NCBI GenBank assembly: GCA_046563655.1
Contig: CM102289.1
Location: 5,890,001-5,954,000 of the forward strand
Source of the DNA: Yuukianura sp. NJ FZ-2021
Taxonomy: Eukaryota
DNA length: 64,000 bases
Reading direction: 5' to 3'
Within the stretch, counting starts at the first letter, position 1. The number at the start of each line of letters is the position of its first letter. The notes beneath the pieces were generated by a model, which saw only the letters and a program-made list of their open reading frames with translations, did no database searches and was not told the origin of the DNA. Shown piece after piece: positions 39,601 to 52,477 of the stretch. The position numbers and the translations under genes were made by a program.

Positions 39601-42600
39601 CTTTTCCAAAAAAAAAACCAAACCACTTTATATTTTTAAACCTGGCAAAAGTAACTTTTTGAAAACCAAACTTTTCTGGCCGTTTAGTCTTTCTCCAACT
39701 TATGAATGACTTTTTTTTTGAAAAGCTCATCTGACTGAGTTACAAAGGGGGAGACACGGAGAGTTTCTTCATTCATCTTTTAATCTTCATCTCCTCCATC
39801 CTCCGATATCCGCTTCCTCATCTTTGCCTGGATGGGGGAGGGGGATCAAATTACACGGACACATTTATGAGCAACGGCTCGGCTGCTGCGGAAAAGAGGG
39901 GAAACTTTACGCTCAAACTAAACTAATACAAAAAAAATTTACTTCCTTCCGAAACGTTTCATTCATAAAAATCCTATGCATTTCAGTCAGATTTTTAAAA
40001 TGTGTGAAAAACGGAAGAGACGCAGATGGAATAGTGAAATGGAACTTCCTCCAAATGCCTTTCAACAATAGATTTCTAGGCTTCTCTCTCTCGGCACAAA
40101 ACAATGGGGAATTATGAGAGTTCGAATCCAATCCAGAAAAACCGGAAGTCCATTCATCAGTCTATTTCCATTTCCATTCTAAAACATCGTTCCATAATCA
40201 ATACTCCACTCCCACAAAGTTCCACATTTCAGTTTTCAGTGATAACAGCACTAACAATTCAACATCCTTCCTCATCTACACTTAAATTTCAAACGGACGC
40301 AATACTTCCATCCATCCGCTTTGCTTTTCAGCATCCTGGCTTATGCTTTATGCTGAAAATGAATTTGGTTTCAATAGATTCCAAAATAAATTCCAATTTC
40401 CAGGAAAAAGCCGGGAGGATCAAATAAGAAAATCTAAAAATTCTGGCGACACATCCGAAATAAATCTATGCCTCCTCTGCAATGCAGAGTCTGCATTCAA
40501 TCATCTTTCGTCATCCATCCATCTTTTTCTTTAGTCTCTTATACCCCCAGAACGTGCGAAATTATGCGTGTGACCGATTACTCAAAAACCCAACAGCTTT
40601 CGTCTCCCTCACAGCGTTTCAGTTATGCCAGAAAGCTTTTCTTCTTCAGCGAAACGGCTCAACCTTATGAAAAATTGAGCCACGGAGCATATCCATGGCA
40701 TATGATTTTGTTTTTCGTGAAACTGTATTTTACACAAACCAAAAATTCACTTTTTTCAGCAAGTTGAGCCGAGACACGACGCAGCACTTTTATGAAAAAA
40801 AAAACTCCCTACTAATAAACCTAAAATTTTACCGAAACCATTTCCAACCGGGCGTAAGTTTTTCGGTGTTGCTGGGAATGTTTCGCGCTTATGCAATATA
40901 CTTAAGGAAAATTACAAGGAAAGTTGTAAAAAAAATACTTTGTAAGTGTAAAAACGATAAATCCGCATTAGAATTAAAGTTTGACGCGATCGTAGGTGGG
41001 GCCATAGGTTACTTACCCTCACAGCATATGTAACGCCTTCTTTGGTCAGAAGCTTGTCCGAGTGAAGCCATCCTTTCGCAGGTTGATTAATAAAGCCCGA
41101 ATTCCTGGCTTCCTCTACAGAAGACATGGAGAGTCCATTGCTTGTCGTTCCACTACTTTGGACTTCAGGAGGAAGCCCACCTTCGCCTTGTTCTATCCTA
41201 CTCGTTCCTTGGAATTGACTCGAAATGGGAATATGTGGGCTCTCTGTTCGTGTCGTACTCATAATCGGTGGAAATGGAAATGCTGAAACTGGGGTTTTAG
41301 TTGGCGTAGGCGTTGGAGAAGGAGTGGGTGCTTTGGCTTTGTCAATTGGTGACACAAGGCGACTACGAAAAGCTTTTAGAGTCGACGGTGGTCGTGGAGG
41401 CGGGGAAGGTGGACACGAGAAGGCCCCTGGACTGGATGCAGTCGGTGACACGGGTGACCTTGGAGAATGCTGAAGTGATGACGAGAACTTGTCGCTGGGT
41501 GAGACTTGGTCACCCGCTCTTACAAGACCTTTCAGTGCTGCTACGTGACGTTTGCGTAACGTCACAGTTTCTGGACTATTTGTTTGGTTTTGGCTCTTTT
41601 CAGTCGGTAGTGACGACGGGCGACTTAAGTCTTTCAATTTCTTGGGTGTAGCACTTTGACTTACTTCCGGTACAATGTGCCTGAGTAGGATTTCTTGCTC
41701 TCTCTTATTCAACGTTCTCCTGACACGACGATGTGGATGACACTCGATAGAATTTGCTCGTGTGGTAAATCTCTCGTGTGTTTTAGACGATGAACCGTTT
41801 GAAGAGAAAGTTGAATTCGATGGACCTTTGCAATCTGATAGTCTTGTTGATGAAGTTCGTTCAAGTGACTTGGATCTTTGTCTCTCTAGGGGACTACTGA
41901 AACTACTTTCACTTTCTTGTGATGAATGATTCGATGAGTGATGACAGAATTTGGGATGACGATGAAAACTAGTGTCAATATTGTTGTGAGTATTGGGATG
42001 ACTCTTATGGCTTGTCACTGAACTGAGATTGTTTTGTTTCCAAGGTAGAGAAATCGTCGCGTGATCACCGGCCTGGACACTGTTCAGTCTCCTTCTGTCA
42101 CAATAGTCGTTTCCAACTCGAAAAGCTGAAGATGACAAACTAGCAGATTCAGTCAAATGGGTCGTAGCTGGGCTTACTCTATGAAGATTGTTGTCAGATT
42201 TTGATTTTCCTTTTAAATGTTTGCAACTCTTCTCCCCCTTTTTCCCTGAAATCATTAAAAACTAATTTAGTTTTACAGATTACAACAACTGATCATCCTT
42301 CCAGCTTAAACTAAAACTAAACACTACGTCTCCTCAGCGTACTAACTTCATAATCTCAACTGCGCATGTTCCACAGCAATTACGGGAAAGCAAAAGCACT
42401 TAAACCTAATTAACACTTTACTTATTATACTGTATTACTCACCTTGAATTTGGAAAAGCGACGAGGTAGTAGGATTATGTGATGCTTTAGGTTTTCCTAA
42501 TTGGACGGAAGTTGATCCAGCAGAAGAGGATCCACTCAACGGTAACTTCGTATATCGACTTTCTTCAGTACTTTTTCTAGATGACGGGCCCTTACTCCCG

Positions 42601-42983
42601 ATGTCACTCCCCTGCTGATGCTGACTTGCTTGTTGCGAACTTACAGAACGATCCAAGTGCCTCGTCTCTGACTTACTAAAATGGAGTCCCAGAAAATGGA
42701 ACAATCCGTTATTGTTATTGTTGTAGTTTCTAGTCGACTGATTGTTGTCATCCGATAGGGACTCGGACTGGGATGGATTCGTCAAGAAGGCAGTGGTGTT
42801 GGATGACTGATTGTCGCCACTTCTTCGTCTACCGCCCCCAGAATTGCTTATTCTCAGCCTTAGTTTGTCGTTACTTTCCTTCTCGAGCTCTTCTGAACAC
42901 TGTTGTGTCTCATCAGCCAACTGACTCTCTGCGGTTGGGGTATCCAGTGACTCAACGGACGTGTTCTCATCGGGTGCTTCCCA
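36690..42983 (-). CDS. Shc: SHC adaptor protein (PTB + CH1 + SH2) with a long Ser/Pro-rich N-terminal extension; 5' end uncertain (possible upstream exons to ~45.4 kb)
   Basis: [90 protein letters not shown]1: [21 protein letters not shown]2: [47 protein letters not shown]. Confidence 0.93.
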
Positions 42984-45900
42984 TGGCAAGATTAAGGAAA
43001 ATTTGCAAAGGAAAAAAAAACAAGAAAACAAACATTAGCAAAAAGTGTTGTAGAGTTTACATGTATTTACAGCACATATGGATGAATAATGAAGTGGATG
43101 ATTCGAAACACTTTACAAGTACAGAAAATACCCCTCAAAAGTACAATCATTCCCCTCCCCCTCCTACGTAGTAAACTCTCAGCTTACCCCGTGTACCCCC
43201 ATTCACAATCCAAAGTAAAAATCATCCCCATCCCCCATATAGAAGGCGTAACTTGTCAGTGACAAGTCATTTCTCATTGAAACAATCCAAGAAATCATGA
43301 ATCTGCGGTAATCTTAGTAGCTGTACATCAATCTCCAATTGCCAAAGCAGACCAACAGGAACTCGTTTCTTTTCAAGATCAAGATCATGAACCTGTCTTT
43401 CTGCCTGATGACCTTGAGTAAAGTGTAACTCAAAAATGCGACTCCGCCTCAAGTTTACGGATCTTATATGTAAACAAATGCAACTTCAATCCAAAGATCA
43501 AGATCTGAATCAGTGATCATTGAGATCTGACAGATCTCGATAACCTCGACAAATGAAACTTACTATTCCGGAAGGTAGTAGTAGGATCCTCATGAAGTGG
43601 ATGATATGTCCTTGGTGGAAAGCACTTGAACTTAAGGATCCTACTCCAATCCCCTGTCATTTTCATATCTACTTTGTTTAGTTCCGCTTGCTCAACACGT
43701 AGTAACAACAATAATAATAGGAGCACTTTCGCCCACTTCCAGTTTTCCAAAGAGATCTTTGGATCGTTGAGAGCGGCGCGTGGGAACAACAGTTTGCATG
43801 GAAGATGACCTGGTTCCGGAGAGTCTGTTTATCGATCCAGAGAACCCAGTTGGAACAAGGAACGTGGAAGTTTTGCGAAAAAGAGAGAAACGACACACAG
43901 CACAAGACAAGACAACCACCAAGTTCACCCACTCACTCTGCTGTAAGTACTTCTGCAGCAGATTTGTACGCTTCACCTTCATCCACCACCGTGCTTGTTT
44001 CTTCTGTTTCAAAAATTTCAAGTTTCTACGCAACGGCGACAGAATGTGTACACGGCCCACAGCAGGCTTTCAAAATGACAAGGTGAGGCTGCATGATGCT
44101 ACGAGAAAAACTTGTCGTGTTGTTGTTCGAGAATTACTTCCTTCATGTTTTCTGTCACCTCTCAAACAGACGCCTGCCCAAAGACTCGTTTTAATTCTGG
44201 TCTCTCCTGTCACCTCGACCGAAGAGGACAATAGGGATCCTAAGGAAGCAGAATAAGTCGAGATTTTTAAAAGTCTTGTTCCTTGGTACTACAGAGTGAG
44301 TTAGAAGATGAAGAATTAAAGAGATGTGATACGGAACGAAGAAGGCTGTAGTAAGTACTTGGTCGTCGTGTCTCTGCCTCTCGGTTGTTCGTGAATGAAT
44401 GAAAAGCTTGAATGAATGAGAAGGAAATCTCTCTCGCTCCAAATCTTCGCTCGTGAAGGTTCGTCCTTTGGTTTTGCCTGGTAGGAGTGGAGTCAGTCCA
44501 CGGTCTACCACCGTGTAGACCGTGCTATATCCGGCCTCTCCTCCTCTTTCTGCTGACTGCTGACTTGCGGACTTGAACGAATGGAACGATAGAACTCCAC
44601 TTTTCAGTCCTAGAAATGGATTACACAACAAACCCTCCAACTCCATTCATGTTATAACTTTAAAAATATTCCATAATACAATGTGAATGAATATAAATAT
44701 AGGAAGGAGAAGCTATAAATTCAACTCAATTTGTTCCACTGTCATTTCCTCCATGAAATACTTAAACTGAGAGAGTCCTGAATCAAAAAATGTATAAAAC
44801 CAAAATGGTCAACCCAACCATTAAACTTGGAAAACTGTCACTAGCCTTAAGGAAATTATTCATTCCTAGAATCAACTCTTAACGGCTCATACCAAGCCAC
44901 CAAGCGTTGACGTGTAGCTCGTAAAATTCCAATTCAGGAAATGTCTCATGGTCTAAATTAAGTATTCAAAGAAAAGAGTTCCAAGTGTCCAAAGAAAACC
45001 AACAGAAAAACTTCCTTGTCAATTCTGACTGACAAGACAAGAAAAGATTGAAGACGAGCCAGTATGAACCGATTCATTCTGACGTGACACTTCCGAAATC
45101 TTTCGCGCATTCACACTCACTCAATGTCATCTTTGATGAGTACAGCCTCCTAAGCATAAACAGCACCCAGTACTTAACATCCCTACTTCTGCCAGCACGC
45201 CCATCACTTTAACTTGAGATAATTATCTTATCTACCCGGCTAATCGGCAACAACAACTTTAACTTTGTATTGATTTAAAAGTACTTACAGCTTGTGTGAC
45301 GAAGTCGAACAGGAGATGACGACGTTGGGAAAATAGCGAAACAACGAAACTTCCATTTCCAGCACGAGTGACCTCCGTTTGATTCTGAGTCTATAGAACG
45401 AGTGTCCGAGTCAACCATGAAGGCGGAAGAGGAGTACACGGAATGTGTTACATTGATCCTGTTCTGGATCTCCACATTATACCTATTAAACACAAATTCA
45501 TCAACATATTAATACTTCGCATACTAAATTGCTTCCCTAAATTGTAAATTCAAGGGGTAAAACGTTTGTGTCTAGTTTTAATTTACTAACTCTGTTCTCC
45601 GCTTACCTTACGGTCCACTTGCCATAAACCTGAAAGAAACAGAACTTGATTATCAAAAACAAACCTACAGTTAGGCCACGAATAAAATTTCAATTGAAAA
45701 AATCAATTTTTTACCTGAATAATGCGGTAGACCTTCCAGTGATTCCTCCGGAAATGTAACTTATTTGTGGTAAAATGAATGCCACGTTGCCAAAATTGAC
45801 AGGTCGAAAAACCTCCTGTACAAATAGGCTCGTTGAACCAGTTCACTGTAATTTCAGGAAACAACGAATTCGGCGTATGTGGAACTGGTATGTCCGGTTT

Positions 45901-47037
45901 TCACTTTTTCCAGAATCCCGTCGTTCTGTTACAGAACTTCTGTAATATTCAGCGCCATGCAAGGTTATTGCAGCGATCCAGCGTATGAAAAGAAAAGCGA
46001 TTCAAAGCTGCAGCTGTTTCACTCTTGTCTCTTCTGGCTCCCCAAATGCCAAATGGGATTTGATTTGATTGAACTGGAACTGAAAAGTGCGTGGGAGTTT
46101 TTTCCTTACTGTAGCAAATCAGCATTTGCATTCCCGTTATCTTTTTTTCATTGCGTAAAAAGAAAATTGAATTAATCTACGGTTGTAGTAAAACTATCCT
46201 GCCAAAACTACACCTTTACGTCGTACTTTATAAGGGCATTTGACTTTGGTAACTATGAGTACACGGCAAATGTAAATGGGGCAGGCAAAAGCAAATAATC
46301 ACTTATTTTGTTTTTTATATTTTACAAATTGTAATAAATTTGGTTGTAGATAATTAGTTTAGTTTTAATTAAATATGATACTTGACCATATGTGTTAAAT
46401 GGAGATATGGGAGTGAGTGTGGGTAACCACTTTCGTGTACTATTTGAAAAATCTAAAATTGAATGAAATCAATTTTGCCACTGTTTTGTAAGTTTACAAA
46501 TGCCAAATGTTGCATAAGACAAAGACGATTGTGTATTAAATAAAGGCAAGCGTAAATTCACGAATTCGAAAATATTAAATATTTATCACAATAAAAATTC
46601 AAAACACTTATTTTTTAAAAGAAATGACTTTTCTGTTTCTTAATATTATAATACAATTAAGTTTTATTGAGTTATACCAACGACCGTTAATGTAATGTAA
46701 CCCGACAATTTTTTTTGTAGTTTCGCACTTGAAAAATTGTCTTTGAAATGTCATTGGAATTGACATTACCAATTTGTCAAAATAATCGCACTTACTACAA
46801 CATCAATTCATTCACAACAAATAAGGAAATCAGGTCGAATCAGGTGAGGAAATTAATTCAAACTAGGTCTAAATTATGTATTAAAGTTAATTAATTGTAT
46901 TTGATTAACAGGAAAATATGCGACCTGCACTGGGTAAATCGTAAAACGTAACGTACGATGTAAATATTGTTCTGTGCTAACTTGACAAGGAAAGTTCTGC
47001 GAACCAAACCAATGCCACAACAACAACACAAGCCAGC

Positions 47038-47914
47038 GGTTGGAGATCACTTTCGCAGTCTGTTTTTCTTAGTCGTTTTTTCGACTCGGACATGCTCCAT
47101 TACAACCGCCAAAATGACCTATGCCAAAGTTGTTCCTCTTGAAAAAATAAGCAACTTTTTTTAGTACCATTTTTTCGTGTGACCTTTCCTTGAGGTCACA
47201 GGTCAAGGTCAAACGGAATGTTTCCAGACAACCGACAAAATGGTCTCTACGAAAGTTGTTCCTCTCGTCAGAAGCTACAACTTTCACTAAGATCACTTTT
47301 TTCTGTGACCTTTTCTTCGGGTCAAAGGTCAAGGTCAACTAAGTATGCCCTGTCAATCGAAAAAATGACCTCTACAAAAGTTGTTGGCCTCGATGAGTAG
47401 ATCATTTTTTGTCCTATGACCTATGACCTTCTGACCCCTCCCTGAGGTGTTATCTCAAGTTGAAGGCGCATCTCCCAGATTCGGGGTTTTAAAAAACCTA
47501 ACTTATAGCCTCAGGGAGTCGTCACAGGGTCATAGATCATAGGACAAAAAATGATCGGCTCATTGAGCTGAACAACTTTTGTAGCGGTCATTTTTTCGAT
47601 TGTCAGGACATTCTTAGTTGACCTTGACCTTTGACCCGAAGAGTCACAGGAAAAAATGGTATTAATAAAAGTTGTAGCTTTTGGGGAGAGGGACAAGTTT
47701 TGTAGGGACCATTTTGTCGGTTGTCAGGGAACGCCCCTTTTGACCTTGACCTGTGACCTCAAGGAAAGGTCGCAAAGAAAAATGGTACTAAAAAAAGTTG
47801 CTTATCTTTTCAAGAGGAACAACTTTTGTATAGGTCATTTTGGCGGTTATCATGGAGCATGTCCATGTGAAAAAAACGACTAAGAAAAACAGACTGCGAA
47901 AGTGATCTCCAACC
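47038..47914. mobile_element. Mutator-like (MULE) foldback/non-autonomous element
   Basis: Long imperfect inverted arms from GGTTGGAGATCACTTTCGCAGTCTG to CAGACTGCGAAAGTGATCTCCAACC. Perfect 9-bp TSD CAAGCCAGC at 47029-47037 and 47915-47923. Confidence 0.92.
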
Positions 47915-47996
47915 CAAGCCAGCCCAATTCTAAATACTAGTGCTATTCTTTATCGATTTTTCATTCATTTTGTATCATTTTTCGGGAAGACTTAAA

Positions 47997-49041
47997 ATGA
48001 CAATTGGTGTGCGACCTCAGATATCGTTGGATTCAAATCAATCCAGATTTGAAGATGATCCTGATCAAGATGTATCTACAGACGATGAACAAGGGAATGC
48101 CGACGAAGACGGAATGGAATTCACGAAAGCAATGCAAATCAGCACAAGAAAGGCTCATCGTATGACCGATTTACTCGTAAATGCAAAACTTGGATTTGGT
48201 GAGTAAATTAATGGCCAACAATCCCTGGAATTACGTCTGCTTACAAGTATTTTTGGTCGACCATGAAAGTGTAACGTGACGATTATGTCACGTTACTGCA
48301 TAAATTTCTAGAGGGAATGTGTGGTGAGGAAGGAAACGTAAATATTATCTGTTTTTAGCCATGTCCGATGACCGAGTTTGGGCCGAGGGACTCCTAATAT
48401 TTTACGAAATATTTCGGTTTCTGGAAGCTGCGTTGACACGACTCCGTAACAACGTTGAAGTATTCAATCGCATGGCAAAAGTTCTCGATGGTATTTACCG
48501 CACAACAGCATTTGAACAAGACCTAAGTGCATACTACGGAGAGTCATTCCTAATCAACTACGAAATTAGGCCTTCCGTTGGAAACTATTTACGTCACTTA
48601 CAAGTTCTGGAAGACAGAGAACCTCTGCGTCTCCTTGCCTACATCTACCATTTGTACTTGGGCTTACTCTCGGGTGGACAAATACTCAAAAAGAAACGGG
48701 ATTTGAAAAACAAAATCACGACTGTCGGAGGACTAATTGGAAATACTATCCCGGAGAACCAAATACGAAAAGATCACGTTACACTTTTCGAAGACGGCAG
48801 GTCAATTGCTGATATCAAAAAGGAAATCAAGTTCACAATGAACGATATTGCCTGTGACCTCTCCGCTGACGAACGCAATTCCCTATTGGAGGAAGGCGTT
48901 AAGGTCTTTCGCTACAATTTGGAGGTCATTCAAAGCATCAAAGGAACTGGTCGTATTGCTGCTATGAACGTGGTCAAACATCCAATTTTCATCTTTTCAA
49001 TACTTCTTCTCTTGTACGTGATATATTCCCTTTACAATTGA
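47997..49041 (+). CDS. Ho: Heme oxygenase
   Basis: Exons 47997-48198 and 48359-49041. FTKAMQISTRKAHRMTD (proximal His), WAEGLLIFYEIFRFLE, RTTAFEQDL, LLAYIYHLYLGLLSGGQIL, C-terminal TM anchor. Confidence 0.95.
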
Positions 49042-49235
49042 ATCTTAGGATTCCACAATTTAGATTTTCCGTGTTAAAATTTTTGTTTTTACCTTATTCC
49101 GTTTTATTTTTTGAAGATGACTCGTTCAACGTCGATTTGAAACCTAAAGGCTCATGTTGAACTAAAAATCTAGTGTTGCATTTAGGGGACTTGATGTTTT
49201 GGCGTTACTAAAATTGGGTAGGACTTGGTTTGTAA

Positions 49236-50309
<1,074 letters not shown>

Positions 50310-50840
50310 GATTCTACAAATTGAGGTCCAACCAAGGCTACCGACTTAACGGTATAGAGAAAAAGTTGATCTAAGATCTAATTAGTCGGATGGGCACGAA
50401 AACCTGATTGATTAATTAAAAAATTTCTCGATTTTGATTTTATTATGGTTTGAATGATTTGCTTGTGAAAAAAAAATCAAAACAGAAAAATAAAATCAGC
50501 AGGTAAATTTCAAACATAAATTTTGAAATGCTCCCGCCAAAAGTGAAGACGCTACTCTACCTCGCTTATGAACATGAAAAAATAGCTCCTCTCCCTCAAT
50601 TTCACTTCTTATCTTTTATAATAAATTATAATTTATTTATTATAATTTATCAATCATAATTTATTTATAATTTATCAAGCATAATTTATCATTATAGTAA
50701 ATGATTATTTCTAGGAACATGAAATCGATATCCACGTATTTGTCAATAGTCCAGATGCTCTTTCCTTTCACCTTGAAACATAATTCCGACATAAAAGAAG
50801 TTGAATTATCTTAAAAAATTTTAAATAACACAACTAACTC

Positions 50841-52477
50841 CTAAAACATTAATTTACCTCCTAGGTTGTATCCATTGTTGTTGTAATCCCCGAAGTAATT
50901 TGTAGGGCAGTAGTACGGATAGCCCATTCTCGTCGAAATACTGTTAACGTGATACGGTCTTTCGAACTTTGGGTTTGTAATCATTGACCTCCAGTCCTCA
51001 GAGGTCAATGACCCCCTGGCCAAGATCTCTCCCTGTTCTTCCTCATCTTCTAAATGTGCTCCAACACATAATAAGTAAATAAAAGTTCCAAGGATTCCGC
51101 CAATAAATGGACCAAACAACGGTACAAGCCAATATGGCTCATTTCTAAAAAAAATATGTAAAAAGTAACTTCATTTTTCTTATTTATTTTGTAATTAAAT
51201 TTTTTCCCTCTTAAATTGCCAAAAAAATTTCTAAAAAAATTGACCTACCCAAAATAAAATATGGCATCAACGGAATGACCTAGTGTAAGAGCCATGAGGC
51301 GCGGACCAAGGTCACGTGCCCTGTAATGATCAAATTTAATTAACTAATTAAAACATTAACTTTGATTATTTAATTTAGTTTTCCATACGGGTTAAGCACT
51401 GCGCCTGCATTCAAACCAAAACTTGCTGAAATTCCAGCGACGGCAACCGCAAAATAAATTCCGAATAGACTTTTGTGTACATTCATATTCCGCTTGTCGA
51501 TTATTCCAAACAGAAATACCATCAGAACAGCAACAGTTACAATCTTCAAAAATTATTTTATATAATATAATATAATAATCCTAAAGTAAATAAAGAATAA
51601 ATAGGCATATAAAAAAGTAATGACTCCTACTTACTTGATCTAGCATCCCGACCATAAGGGGGGTTGCTGGTAGTGGACTAAATATGGCCACAGCTTCTAC
51701 ACACACTTGATCTCCAGTGAGACACAACCCTATCAAACGAGTGTAAATCAATTGTTAACAACATTGTTAAGGTGATTAATTACTGGTTTGTTGACTAAGG
51801 TCAGTTGAGTCATCACTTACGATGTTCATAGATTGCAAAAGCCATACCAGCTCCCAAGTAGCCCCCAAGTAGTTGACCTAGCCAATAGTAGGGTACTTTG
51901 GTCCACTTCAGGTCACCTGTGATGGCCAAACAGAGCGTCACAACAGGGTTCACATGAGATCCTGTCAAATAACAACAATTAACAACTTATTGCATCTTGC
52001 ATTATATTGCAAGGGCAGTGTGAATAATTATACTAACTGTTGGGCAAGTATTAATTGTTAGGTAGGTCGAGTAAATGCACTAACTTTAGATTAGAAAATG
52101 ACGCCATTTTTACCTGAAGCTCCACCGAAAGCGACAATGGCAATCAGCAGTCCAGCAGCACTGCCGAAGACGGGCATTAAGTATGACTCGTTGGGCATCA
52201 GACGATGCTGTGCGCTGGCACCAACTGCAAACAGCTTGATCGAGCACATTCCAATTTTCGAAAAGTTAATTTACATTTGAAAATTTTGAATTTTGACTGT
52301 GTTCAAAAGCAAAAACAAAATTAACTCTTTCAAAGTTTTTGAAGATTTAGAACTTACGCAAATCACAAAGGTTCCAAGAAACTCCGCTAGGGGTTCAGTA
52401 ATAAATTTGTTGCGAATACGCATGTGCGTGCGCATGCAAACTGCAAGCGGCGTCGCTCCATGGCACCTTGTTACCAT
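50841..52477 (-). CDS. Aquaglyceroporin (AQP3/7/9/10-like); true start may lie upstream (~52881)
   Basis: LAEFLGTFVIC, GGASGSHVNPVVT, YWLGQLLGGYLGA, FGIIDKRN, FGLNAGAVLNPARDLGPRL (Asp after the second NPA), YWLVPLFGPFIGGILG. Confidence 0.92.

Noticed and set aside
47069..47883. Mirror-image ORFs on both strands
   Set aside because: Artefact of the inverted arms; no transposase motifs.
50618..50692. ATAATTTAT tandem repeats
   Set aside because: Simple AT-rich minisatellite with no supportable function.
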